Assembly (NCBI GenBank): GCA_051942245.1 | Contig: JAVECL010000038.1 | Location: 1 to 64,000 of the forward strand | Length of the DNA: 64,000 nucleotides | Origin: Trypethelium eluteriae | Lineage: Eukaryota | Reading direction: 5' to 3' | In this document: positions 10,613 through 22,377 of the stretch, in pieces | Layout: every line of letters begins with the position of its first letter | Position numbering within the stretch: the stretch's first letter is position 1 | Made by a program: the position numbers and the translations under genes | The notes under the pieces: model-generated | What the model was told of the DNA's origin: nothing | The model's database searches: none | The model's input: the letters and a program-made list of their open reading frames with translations, nothing else

Positions 10613-12998
10613 CTACCTTGACCGCGTGTACTTCCCCCGCCTCATCTCCTCCTGCAAGCTCTCTGCCTGACTCGGCAACGGCCCCCTCTTCCTCACTCCT
10701 CCGTTCTCCGCTGTTCCAGCACTGGCACCGGCACCACCTTGCTGGCCTGGCTGTCCTTGCGATCCCATCCCCGGCAGTACCGGCATCGGAAAACCAGGCG
10801 GCAGCAAATGCGGCGGCGGTGGTGCTCCAGGAGGAAATCCCGGAAACCCTCCTGGTGGTGGCACTGGTGGGAACTGCGGTCCCGCGCCCGGTTGTCCGTT
10901 CTGCGGCATTGGCGGGATGGGCAGTGGATGTGGAAATTTGCCGCTTGCAAGGAGCTCCTGTAGCTTGCTTGGGTCGAGCGGTGGCATACCCAGGGGAGGC
11001 AGACCGGGCATGGATGATTGCGACTGGGACGAAGATGTTTGCTGCTGTGGTTGTTGGCCTAGTAGTGCAGCTGCAGCGGCCGCCATGCCAGGAATCGGCT
11101 GCGTCTGCGCGCCTCCGGTGCTCATGCCATCGGGGATGCTGCTGGTGGCAGAGATGCCTGGTAGTCCAGGCAAGCCAGGTAACATTTGTGACTGTTTGCT
11201 GCTTGGCATTTGCTGGTCGATCAGACCCTCTTCCTCGTCGAGCTCCTCGGCTTCTTCTGCTTCGCGTTGCTGCTTACGACTCGCCTGGCGATTATACGTC
11301 CCGCGTGCTTCAGCAGCTTCTTGTCCGATATGGTACCGGTCATGAGTGAAGACGGTGTCGCCTGGTCGAGCACGCGTCCAGAAGCGGGTCAGGCGATCAT
11401 TGGAGCCTGACGCGAGAATGTGGCCAAGGGGATGCCAGTCAAGGCTCCAGATGGTGAAGTCATGGGCGAATGGGATGCGGTGGGCTGGGTAGATGGTTTG
11501 AGTCGGTGCGCTACTGGGATCTGGACTGTCGTAGGGAGAGAGGCTCGGAGCAGCACCGTCAGGGGTATTAGGTTCGGAGAGGAGGTAATGGAAGAGGGAG
11601 CCATCCCAGCCTCCAGTGGAGAGGAGAGAAGGATGCATAGGATGCCAGGTCAGAGTTGCAATGTCCTTTTCATGGCCTTTAAGGAGCATAATGTCACGCA
11701 TCATTCGAAGGTCAAAGATGCGGGCTGTCGAATCACGAGCGCAGGTTGCGAGTAGCTCACCGCGAGTGGGTTGGAAGAGTGCTCTTTGGATCTGATTTTT
11801 GTGACCGTGCAGCGTTGTAAGGCATCGACCATTGCGCGGATCCCAGAGCTTGACTTTGTTATCCTTCGATCCAGAGACAATAAGCCCTTTGGTGGGGTGC
11901 CAGTCGCAGCATTTCACATCCCAGTTGTGTCCTGAGATTGTCAATTCCTCTACACCTCCTGCGAAGTCCCAGACCTTCAAAGTAGCGTCATCTGATGCAG
12001 TAACGAACTTGACGTCTGTTGGTGCAAAAGCGAGATCGCGCACGGCGTGATCATGTGCTCGAATTTCTTTGACATTGTTTAGATTGGTCTGGAAATATTT
12101 CACATTTCCATCCTGATCTGCAGACAATAACCAGTCGTCACTGTGTGAATATTTCATCTGACGGACAGGGCTTTGGTGGGCCTGAATAAATTCACATTAG
12201 CTCAGCCATGACGGAAAATCTCAGTTGGCCGTATGGAAACATACTGATTGTAGGGTCTCGAAATTGAAGGCCGTGCCATTCCATACTGTGAATTCGCCGC
12301 TCATCAGGCCAGTCAGGAGGCGTCTGCCATCTGGTGTCCATCTTACTACGTTGACGGGAGATCTCTCCTTGTTGACGGAGGAATGCAGATGCTTGGCAGG
12401 TATTGTATCGACCGGACTCGTGATCCTTGCGGTCGGGGTCACCATCTTTATCATATCAGTTGCCATAATGCCCCAGCCCAGTCATTGTGATTGTGACGTA
12501 CATCAACGATATAGCTCGGGCTCGGTCTCTCTGCCTCGAGTATCGGTCCACCTTTGTAGCGTGGGCGACGATTCCGCATCCACTGGACCATGCTTGAGCC
12601 ATAGTCGGTGACATTTCCTGTCACATTCCCGTCAGCACTATGTAGTAGTCATAAAAAAGTAATCAAGTTTACGGGAAGAAAGAGGTTGTTCTTCGGGCAA
12701 AGGAGCTTCGGAATCTTGCATAGCGAACGCAACTATAAGATACGGGCCGTCTCGAGAACTATGCCAGACTCAAAGATAGAATGTATTCTCATAGCGAACT
12801 TGGCAGTGTGATTACTATGTGTTGTATGTGAATGCTGTACAACACACTGGGTGGGCAACACGAAAAGTATCTGCTTCGTTGCTACATGTATCGGCAAGGG
12901 CACATACTTCTCTGGCGATGCCTCCCACCCTGATATCCAGTATAGCCCTGAAATACGCCCTCATACTGATATTCCCTTATTTCGGTCGTACTACCCAT
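10613..12998 (-). CDS. PFS2: Polyadenylation factor subunit 2 (WDR33 ortholog; WD40 repeats plus Pro/Gly/Gln-rich tail); introns 12618-12907, 12446-12501, 12182-12244
   Basis: [58 protein letters not shown] and [17 protein letters not shown]. First exon [10 protein letters not shown]...RQR is inferred from a GTATGT donor at 12907 in the correct phase. Confidence 0.93.
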
Positions 12999-13539
12999 TG
13001 TCACCGTGTTATGCTACAAAGCGGCATCGCAAAGCGTGTAAGACTTGTTCCGGAGAGCGTGGGCATGCGTCAACGAGCTGTAGCATGCGGCGAGGAAGAG
13101 ACTTCGAGAGAGTTGAGACTAATGTGAGGCAGGCGCATAAGGTGCTTGGATAGAAGCAAAGTAATTAAGGTACGGAGTAAGTAGGTAGGTAGCGCTCCGT
13201 AAATGGGAAGGCCCTGCACTGACGTCGGAGCTTTGCCGCGCTCTCGTCCGCTCAACAGCCGGGATCAAGCTCTTCTCTCTCTCACCAATTTTCTACTCAA
13301 TCACCATGCTCAGACTGCAATGCTTTTGGCGCGCTCTTGGACCTGACAGGGGAAGCTGTACTAACCTTCCAGCTTTCACTGTACTCTTTGAGGGGCCACC
13401 GAGAATGATAGCCAGTGGATGGCTACAACCTTAAATTTCACATGAAGCTTGCCCCGCTTACCTTACCTTTACAAACAAAATCACGGCTCTCTCACACCCA
13501 AAAGCCCCCCTGAATGCAAGTGCTCTACAGCGCTCTGGC

Positions 13540-15103
13540 ATGGCGACAATGACCGATACTGCAATGTCTAGTGGCAATAATGCCATGAATGGAAGAACGG
13601 GTCGTTCTCCTCTCCCGGGCTCCAGTCCACGACTGTCACAAGAATTCGCCAAAGAGGATGTTCAGAAAAAATACAAGCATGCATTTGTCATCCATGCAAA
13701 GAGGAGGACATCGTGTCTGAGCCGTGAATCAGAGTCAACGCCAAGCTTTCTGGGCTTTCGGAACCTTATGGTGCTTATGTTGGTTGTGTCGAATTTAAGA
13801 TTGGTACTGGAAAACTTTAAGAAATACGGCGTTCTTGTTACTCTGTCCGGACATGAGTATCGACACCAGGATGTATTGCTCGGCTGGATTCTGTACTTGC
13901 TCGTCCCTTGCCATCTTTTTGTTGCGTATATTATCGAGTCGGTGGCGGCTCGACAAGCTAAGGCCGCAGTTGCTCGCATCAAGAGGAATGACGATCCACG
14001 CACAAGATCACAATCACAACAAAGGGAGAGGAGGACATTTGAGATAACCTGGACGATTATAGCTCTAGCTCACGGCGTGAATGCGACCCTCAATTTATGC
14101 ATTGCGACGACCGTGGTCTACTACCATATCCATCATCCTGGAATCGGAACAATATGCGAGCTTCACGCAGTCATCGTCTGGTTGAAGGCCTGTTCCTACG
14201 CCCTTACCAATCGCGATCTCCGGCATGCTCTGCTCGACCCTGCGGTATCTGTCCCTCTACCAGACCTCTACAAAAGCTGTCCGTACCCAAACAATATTAC
14301 TCTTGGCAATCTGAGCTACTTCTGGTGGGCGCCTACGTTGGTTTACCAGCCCGTTTATCCACGTACAGAGAAGATTCGCTGGGACTTTGTCTTGAAGCGT
14401 TTGTTGGAGACTATCATCGGTATCCTTCTCATCTGGATCCTCTCGGCCCAATACGCTATACCTCTATTACAAAACTCCCTCGAAATGGTGTCCACTCTAA
14501 ACCTGGCAGCCATTGTGGAACGCACTTTGAAGCTCTCAACAATCTCATTGGCATGCTGGCTGGCAGGCTTCTTCGCCCTTTTCCAAGCCTTCCTCAACGC
14601 GCTCGCCGAGGTCATGAGATTTGGTGATCGAGAATTCTATTCGGATTGGTGGAACAGCTCCAGCCTTCGATCATACTGGTCTTCCTGGAATAAGCCGGTC
14701 TTCCATTTTATGAGAAGGCATATCTACGCCCCTCTCGTAGGCCGTGGTTGCCCCAAGGTTGTGGCACAGATTGCCGTGTTTCTCTTTTCAGGCGTATTAC
14801 ACGAATTGTTGGTAGGCGTTCCAACTCATAATATCATAGGTATGTATGACTCCTTCATGCCTTGAGCTCTCACTCACATCCCTCTGCCTAGGCGTTGCCT
14901 TTGCTGGCATGGTGTTTCAGTTGCCTCTCGTTGCGATCACCGACCCGTTGACAAAGATGGAGAGCAGCAATGGAAGGACACTGGGTAACGTGATATTCTG
15001 GGTCAGTTTTTGCCTCGTAGGTCAACCGCTTGCGGCATTGCTTTATTACTTTGCATGGCAGGCAAAGTATGGTAGCGTGATTACACCAAGGCTTTGGAGC
15101 TAG
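13540..15103 (+). CDS. MBOAT acyltransferase, DGAT1/ARE-like (diacylglycerol or sterol O-acyltransferase); intron about 14840-14891
   Basis: SFLGFRNLM, YFWWAPTLVYQPVYPRT, FGDREFYSDWWN, SWNKPVFHF and catalytic His in VLHELLVGVPTH. Multiple transmembrane segments. Confidence 0.92.
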
Positions 15104-15793
15104 TTGTATATCATGACAACGACGATTTTTCCGAAAACGTAGAATGCAAGGCTGGGTATCTTTGAATGTCATGCCTCTTCGTGTTGATCGGTCATGCCGA
15201 TCGTTCAGCCGTCCGCCATCCTCGAAGGATATCAGGCTGAGTCGGCCCCAATCTCTGTAGCTTCTCTTTGCCTTGCAGCCTACGCTATGACTTGCCAATC
15301 GCTACTTCAAAGGTAGACCAAATCGGTCATCTCTGCATCAGTGCTTTTTCGACGATGGCCGGCGTCGAGGTGCCGCTATGAAGGATTGCGCATGCGTCAC
15401 GGCACAGGCAGACAGTTCCCAACAACATTCACGAGAGACCAGGGAAATGGTCTGATTCATGAAGTGTGCAATACGAAATTCTCACATGAGAGACCAGCTT
15501 CAAGAGGAACTCGAAGCAGTTCAAGTCAGGTACAGCTTAGAAATCGGTGAAAGCGGAGATTGCATCTTTCTTCTCCCGCGGAGGGATTGAAGCTCCACTC
15601 ACCGCAGTCGGGCTCTTCAAACACTAAATGTTTCTGCCATTTAAGACATCAGATCTCTAAAGAAGGAAGAATTACACGCAAAGGGAGTACAATTGCATTC
15701 TGTTCATCTTCTTTTCGCATTCAACTTCGAATCTTTGAGATAATCTGGCTTCGGTTCAAACTTTGAAACTCTCGTAATTGACAAACTCTAGCC

Positions 15794-16423
15794 ATGGCCA
15801 TGGCCACTATCACAGTTCCGAAGGACTACGGGTAAGTACAAATCTACAAACTGTTGTGCAGTATATCACTTCAGCTATTTCACGATTGAACCAATCCAAA
15901 AATCGGAAAATGATGGATGAAAGAACGCGCACTCAAAACAGCTCCGATCCCATACTCCATACCATCCGAACTAACAATCCCACCCACCAGCTACGTCCTC
16001 CTCTCCGCCGCCCTCACCCCGCTCCTTGCCTCCTGGCTCTCCTTCCGCGTTCCTCCCTACCGCAGCCGCGCGAAAGTCGCGATGCCGCAAGTCTACGCCG
16101 AGCACTCGCAGATCGCCGCCGCGGAACCTGCCCAGCAAAAGGCCATGTACCTCTACAACTGCGCGCAGCGCGCCCACGGCAACTTCGTCGAAAACCAGCC
16201 CAGCCTGCTGATCTCGCTGCTGATCGCGGGCTTGCGCTGGCCCCTGGTGAGCGCGGGGCTGGGCGCTGCGTGGAGCGTCAGTCGGGTGCTGTATTCGGTG
16301 GGGTATACGGATGAGACGAAGGAGCGGGGGAACGGGAGATATGTGGGGCTGTGGTGGATTCCGGTGCAGAGTGTACTGTTTTTGATGGCGGCATGGGTTG
16401 GTGGAGAGTTTGCGTTGCAGTAG
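15794..16423 (+). CDS. MAPEG family protein (microsomal glutathione S-transferase 3-like); intron 15832-15990
   Basis: Exon 1 MAMATITVPKDYG is spliced to YVLLSAAL. Contains the MAPEG motif YNCAQRAHGNFVEN, plus SRVLYSVGY and hydrophobic helices. Confidence 0.9.
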
Positions 16424-16923
16424 TGGACAAGGCGTTGGGAAGGCGGTAGGACAGTATGGTCATGGCTGAAGAGAAATTCGTTGAGTTCGCCTCCTACCTC
16501 TTTCCCAGCTTAAAGATTGTCGAATCTCTTGTCCTGACTGTAATCGTCTTCATCTATTTGCATATGAGGTTAACTCATTCATCTGATAGTCATCCAGCGT
16601 TGATGTATTCTTATGAGGCGCTCAAAACCAAGACATGGAAACCTAAGTAGGAAGAATTGATATGGGGCATGGAAATATGTGGAGCTACGTCAAGCGCACA
16701 TGAAGTGGAATGTAGTATTATCGATTGTGCACTTGGAGCTCTAGTACGAGCATTTCAATATATTCATCATGGTATCATAGTCGTGATTCGTCGAAATCCT
16801 ATAGATTTCATGCAGATCCTTCCAGTAGAACATGAATTGGGTATCGTAAATTGGCCTCTGGCCGCACGTCAAGCTCCAGACGCCCTTCAGCAATAGTTGT
16901 GGTTGAAACCTCCGAATCCTAGT

Positions 16924-18546
16924 CTAAGGAATTCCAGCCGTCGAGCTCATACTTCCATGCCTACTTCCCAGCCCAGGTGTTCCCCTTGGCCCCGCTGCAC
17001 TTGCCCTACGCTCATGGTTCCCACCGAAAGCGTCCACTGTAGGCGTCACACTCAACACCGGACTTGCAAAAGGTCCTTCACCTGGCAGCGTTGCCGACCC
17101 AAGGGGCTGCATGTCGCCTCCCCTCCCCATACCACCGTCTCCTGTCTCACCGCCACGGGACTTAACGCTGAAAAGACCAGCGCCATTACGTCCGCCAAGT
17201 GCGCCGGAGAGCATTTCCTTCATGCGGATGACCTGATAGCGGGATTTGGTAGAATAATGATGAGCGGTAGCGAGGGGACGGCTTCGTGAGCGCGCAATAG
17301 CCGAGAGTACGGCGTCGCGTTCTTCGTCGGAATCGATAGGACCGCTGGGTTCGAAGTCATCGATAATGGGAGCGTTGGCATCCACTAGCGCTTCTGTGTA
17401 GGTAGAGATTGGTTAGTTGATTGTAACGAGAATTTTGAAAGCATGACAACAGAAGAGATCGCTGAAGTGCTTCTACAGCTTCGAGGGTGAATGAGAAAGA
17501 TAGAAAGGTGCAGAGATCTTGGGTTTTACATCCAAAGCAAAATAACAGATGATCGGCAACTATTCTTGCGCAGAAGCAAGGATACGAAGGGTCGAACGTA
17601 CTTTGCTGCTTCGCCTGGTTTTTTTTCTGATATTGCTGTAACAACATATCATATGGTAGGCTTCTTCCCGGCACCGCCCTCTTGGCCCCCATGCTATGGC
17701 TCTTGCATGTCAGGCTCCGCGCACATTGAGCGCCATTCGGTAGAGTAACACCGCACTGTTTCTCCACATCGACTGGCCCCTTTGTCTTAGGTGCTTTGGG
17801 TTTCGGTTCATCTTTCTTCTTCTTCTTGGGCGCTTTCTCACCAAGATCGCCATCCGCTTTCCTCTTCTTCGTCTTCTTAGCTGCTGTGCCATCACCGTTG
17901 ACTGCACTTTTGCGGGCCCCTTTTGATTTATCGCCATTTGTGGATGCTCCGTCAGCGTCATCCTTTTCATCGTCCTTCCCCTCGGCTTTACGCTGTGCTT
18001 TCTCTTTCTCTTCCTTTCGCTCCTTCTTCAGTCTCGCCTTTTTTTGCTTCTCAGCAAGGCAGTCTTGAATATGTTTTGCGGCAGCATGTCGTAGAATAGG
18101 TTTCTTGCAGTGCTTGCATTGAACAGTGTCAGGTTTATCCTCCATCGGCCGACCAGTCGGAAATGCGGCGGCGATTTCAGCAGGGATCGGGTTGATCAAA
18201 GGTGACGTGGACCGGTCATGCGAGCCTTCTGCTCTCTTCTCTTCTACCGACCAGTATAAGCGTGGTACAAAAAGGTGTCTAAGCAGCATACGTACCTCCT
18301 TCAAATTCAGGTTCTTTCCAATTACCGGGCTTGACTAGCTTTGGACCTGGTTTTTTAATCTTGATTGTTGTGGGCTTCTTTTCTTTCTCGGTAAAGACCT
18401 CGTCAATGGCAGCTTGAGTAACCCAGCCAGAGTTCTGCTTTGCTTCGCCATTCGTTGCAGGAGCTTCATCAGTATGGTTAGTCAAATATATTATACAAGT
18501 AGAAGGCAGGACGCGTACTCTTGCGACTCGCGGTATCCGAGGCCAT
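16924..18546 (-). CDS. SGF73: SAGA deubiquitination-module anchor Sgf73 (ataxin-7 ortholog); 3 introns, the last 17394-17601
   Basis: Zinc finger CKHCKKPILRHAAAKHIQDC and SCA7 domain PVDVEKQCGV...CARSLTCKSHSMGAKRAVPGRS. Spliced AKQQ|KALVDANAP...VLSAIARS. Confidence 0.92.
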
Positions 18547-19270
18547 GGTGTCACAGAAGACCTGAGCAGTCGATAAGCGACGCGCCAACTTCTATAGAGG
18601 CTCTGATATTTTGTCGTGTACCGAGAGGAGTAAAACTGTGTCAAAATGAATTGCTGATGTTTGTAATGTTTGAATCTAGTCGCGAGGTTGAACGTCTGCC
18701 TGCCCACTTTAACCTAAGAGATAAGATAAGGCGTCACGTGCGTGCTAGCCGCAATTGTCTCGAGCCCCTCCATCTCAGTGTCTCCAGCGTGCCTTGTCAT
18801 GAGACCATCCCACCACCCCACCCCACTACCTCTACCGCCACTCGACTCTACTCCGTGCTCCGTATTGCCACTTCAAAGCCGCGCCGACGCCGCCTTAGGC
18901 GCTGGCCTCCACTGCCGTCCTTAATGTCATCATGATGGGCTTAGTACACGTGTACCTAGGTACGCCTTGCTGCATCTCCAGAAACTTAAGGGCGGGGCGA
19001 CACCACTCCCTTCATCCCACGACCGAATATTGGAGGATAGACTTTGGCAAGGGTTAGACGGCACAGATCTAGCGGTTACTAGAGTCAGGCCGTTCGCGGT
19101 TAAAAAGCCCGTAAGCGGCTTTTATACCTGCAAAGCGGACAGTTCAGTCATTAATGAACGCCTGTCTTCTTTTTTGTTGTTTTCATTCTCCATTTCAAAC
19201 TTTTGCTAAAAGTATTGGAGTTCTCATCTTTCATGACTTTGTCCTGCGGCTATTCTTCTAGTTCTGAAGC

Positions 19271-21691
19271 ATGTATACCCTTCCGCACCTCCCCGTCTCT
19301 CTGCCGAACGCTTTCATACCAGATCGGGTCTTGCTCGGAGCTATAGCTGCTGCAGTTGAATCGGCTTTTAATGATCTTAAAGACTCCCATTTCAGTAAGG
19401 ACGCTGTCTGGCGTGATATATTCGCCTTAACCGGAACCCTGCGCACCTTCTACACCTCCAGTTCCGTAGCTGGCGCCTGGAAGGCTACATCTAGGATCTA
19501 CAAACCAACGTCATTTCATGTTGAACCCAATGGACATATCATTCGGATGGGCAATGCATCATGGGTTGAATTTCCTTTTACTTTTGAGACTACGGCAACA
19601 CCCAAGACTAGTTGTAGTGGATTTTTGGATCTGGTGCCCAGTAATGACGGATGGAAAATCTGGCGTTTGAGGACCATCCTCGAAGGGTTGCATGGGGTGG
19701 CGAGTGTGGATTTTCTAGAGCCGGTCAAGCAGAGGCCCGAAATCGGATGTACTGATGATGAGATGATGGAGGGCATCGATAGGGCCAACACTTTAAATGA
19801 AGCTAATCATGTCACTGACGGCAACGGTAATCGCGAAGACAACTTTACCAACGTAAGTGGGGTCCACGGACTCACAGAGGCTATCGATTCCAACCTTTCT
19901 TTTGGCTGCGTCGTTGTAGGGGGTGGTCAAGCTGGCTTGGCTACTGGTGGAAGATTGCAGGCTTTGGGCATTTCTTATGTAATTCTGGACAAACACAAAG
20001 ACGTGGGAGATAGCTGGAATGCAAGATATGACTCCACGAGATGTAAGTTTACAGACATTGCTCTGGTTTTTCGTATCCTAGGCCATCGACTATTTCCCTT
20101 CCTATCTGACGATTGCAGTACACACGATCAGAGAATACTGTAAGGTCTCACAAGCCAGAACGATTGGTCGTCTGGATACTGACAGTACGAAAGCACATCT
20201 GCCGTTTGATCGAACATTCCCAAGCTCGTACCCAGATTTTCTCACGGGTAAAGATTTGGGGCGGGGGCACCGAGATTGGGCTTTCAAGTACGGAATTGTA
20301 GGTTCGGGAAGCCCAAACTGGAGGTCGCTGTCACTCATCTCTTGCATAGAACATCTGGCAGTCCACTACCCTCCTCTCAGGCTCCTGGGACACAAAGAAG
20401 CAGCTTTGGACTCTGAAGATTGAACGCTATGGCCAGGAGACTTCCCTGAGTTGTCGCTTTCTTGTCTTTGCTGCTGGTGCTGGTGGCCAACTACCTCTAA
20501 TACCAACTTACAAAAATCGGGTAAGAATGCATACAGGATTGGTAGTCTCAAGTAACACATATCCTAGGAAGCTTTTCAAGGACTCATTCTTCATTCGCAA
20601 GAATACAAGTCTGCTTCTGCGTGGACTGGGAAGCATGGAGTCGTGGTGGGCACCGCTAATACAGGTGGGGACATCAGTGCTGATTTTGGGTATCGTCAGA
20701 CTGAGCTGAGCTGTTAGGTCACGATGTTGCTGAGGATATGTTCCACGCAAATTTAGCTTCCGTGACGATGGTACAACGCTCAAAGACTTGTATGTCCCAC
20801 GTCTAAAGGTTTTGGTGAAAGTCAATTTCTGAACTCACAAACGTAACAGATGTTTTCCCAGAACATTACTATAATGATACTCAGCACGGTTAGTCAGATC
20901 GACAAATTCCATTACACAACTTGACGTATAATCTAGGACTCTATAATGAGAACTTCCCAACCGAGCTGGCCGATAGGCACCACGCGACTAATCCCATCGC
21001 TGTTTCTCGTTTACTGGCTAACAAGGGGCTACATGGCAAAGCTCGACGAGAACCCGAAAGATTTGATGCGCTCGAAAAGGCCGGCTTCAAAGTCGAGCGG
21101 TATGGAGATATAATGTTCAACCTCTATGAACGGTCAGGGGGTCACTACATGGATGTTGGAGCTTCCGAGAAAATAGCAAGGGGCTTCGTAAGTTCAACAA
21201 AATTTAGTATACTTTGATAAAGGGACATCGAATAAGACCCAGCGCTAATATGGAAGCGGCCTCCAGATCAAAGTGAAATCCGATTCCCTCCCCGTATCAT
21301 ACACAAAAGACGGTCTTTTATTTAGTGATGGTGATCACCTCAAAGCAGACGTGATCGTCTTTGCGACCGGATTTGTTAAGAACCAGCGACTTGTCGTTGC
21401 AGAAATCTTAGGACAGGAAGTTGCTGATCAACTAGAAGACTACTGGGGTCTGAATGAAGAGGGGGAGATCAAGGGCGCCTTCAGGCCTTCTGGACGTAAG
21501 TGTGACTTCACCCTCGAGTGAAAACACGCTGCTGACGATAATATTTAGACCCCGCATTCTGGTACCACGGAGGGACCATTGGTCAAGCCAGATTCTTTTC
21601 GCGGTTCATTGCATTGCAGATCAAGGCAAAGCTCCTGGGAACCCCACTTCCGGTATACAAGGATACTCCTCCACGAAATCAGATCAAATAA
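19271..21691 (+). CDS. Flavin-containing monooxygenase with N-terminal SnoaL-like extension (type II FMO-like), 9 introns
   Basis: FAD motif VVVGGGQAGL, GDSWNARY, FMO fingerprint FQGLILHSQEY, VVVGTANTGHDVAED and VFATGF. All nine GT-AG introns keep the frame. Stop at 21689-21691. Confidence 0.9.
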
Positions 21692-22357
21692 CAATCTTTC
21701 ATACGCGATATTTACTGAAAGTAGCGTACTCCCCGAGGAGATCTCCCAAGAGCGGATGTTCGCCGAGGAAAAGCGTCTTTGTGCACGGCAGTCAATGTCT
21801 CTGCATTCGTATCGCTTATATTTTCTACTGACATTTGCTAAGAGGTTCTCTTTGACGATAGAAATGGGCGTTTGAGAGACGAAAATCTTGGCGAGAATGG
21901 CATCCTAGACACCCAAATTGATGTTACCATGTATAACAGAATCTTTGTCAGAATGCGCAATCGAGAAACTCTTTCATACGGAAGACTCTGACATTAACGA
22001 CCCTTTTCATATATAGCACTGGGACTCTGAGAGCTTGTTGATGCCGTAACAATCGCGTCTCCAGATCCCTAGTGTGTTAGCAAGCTTCGAAATGATCCGC
22101 TTTCCAGGAGCATGATCATTACATAGCCCCGGACAATTATCTGCTTCGCGTTACCCCTATTGCCTGTCGGTTAGGCTGAGCTGAAGCTATCCAGGAGCCT
22201 CCAAACGAAACAGTCTGGCCAAACCCCGGAAAAGGTGGCCGGTTGAATATACTCATGGCTTTAGTGAGACGCCGGATTTAACCTAGAGACTCGGGACTGC
22301 CCCTCGTGGGTCAAAATGGACTGTGCACGCTTGCTATCCTATTAAAAGGAAGATCTC

Positions 22358-22377
22358 AAAGAAAGAAAGAAAGAAAG
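22358..22377 (+). repeat. (AAAG)5 microsatellite
   Basis: aaagaaagaaagaaagaaag read directly. Confidence 0.85.

Noticed and set aside
10543..11349. 268-aa plus-strand ORF
   Set aside because: Antisense to the low-complexity tail of PFS2.
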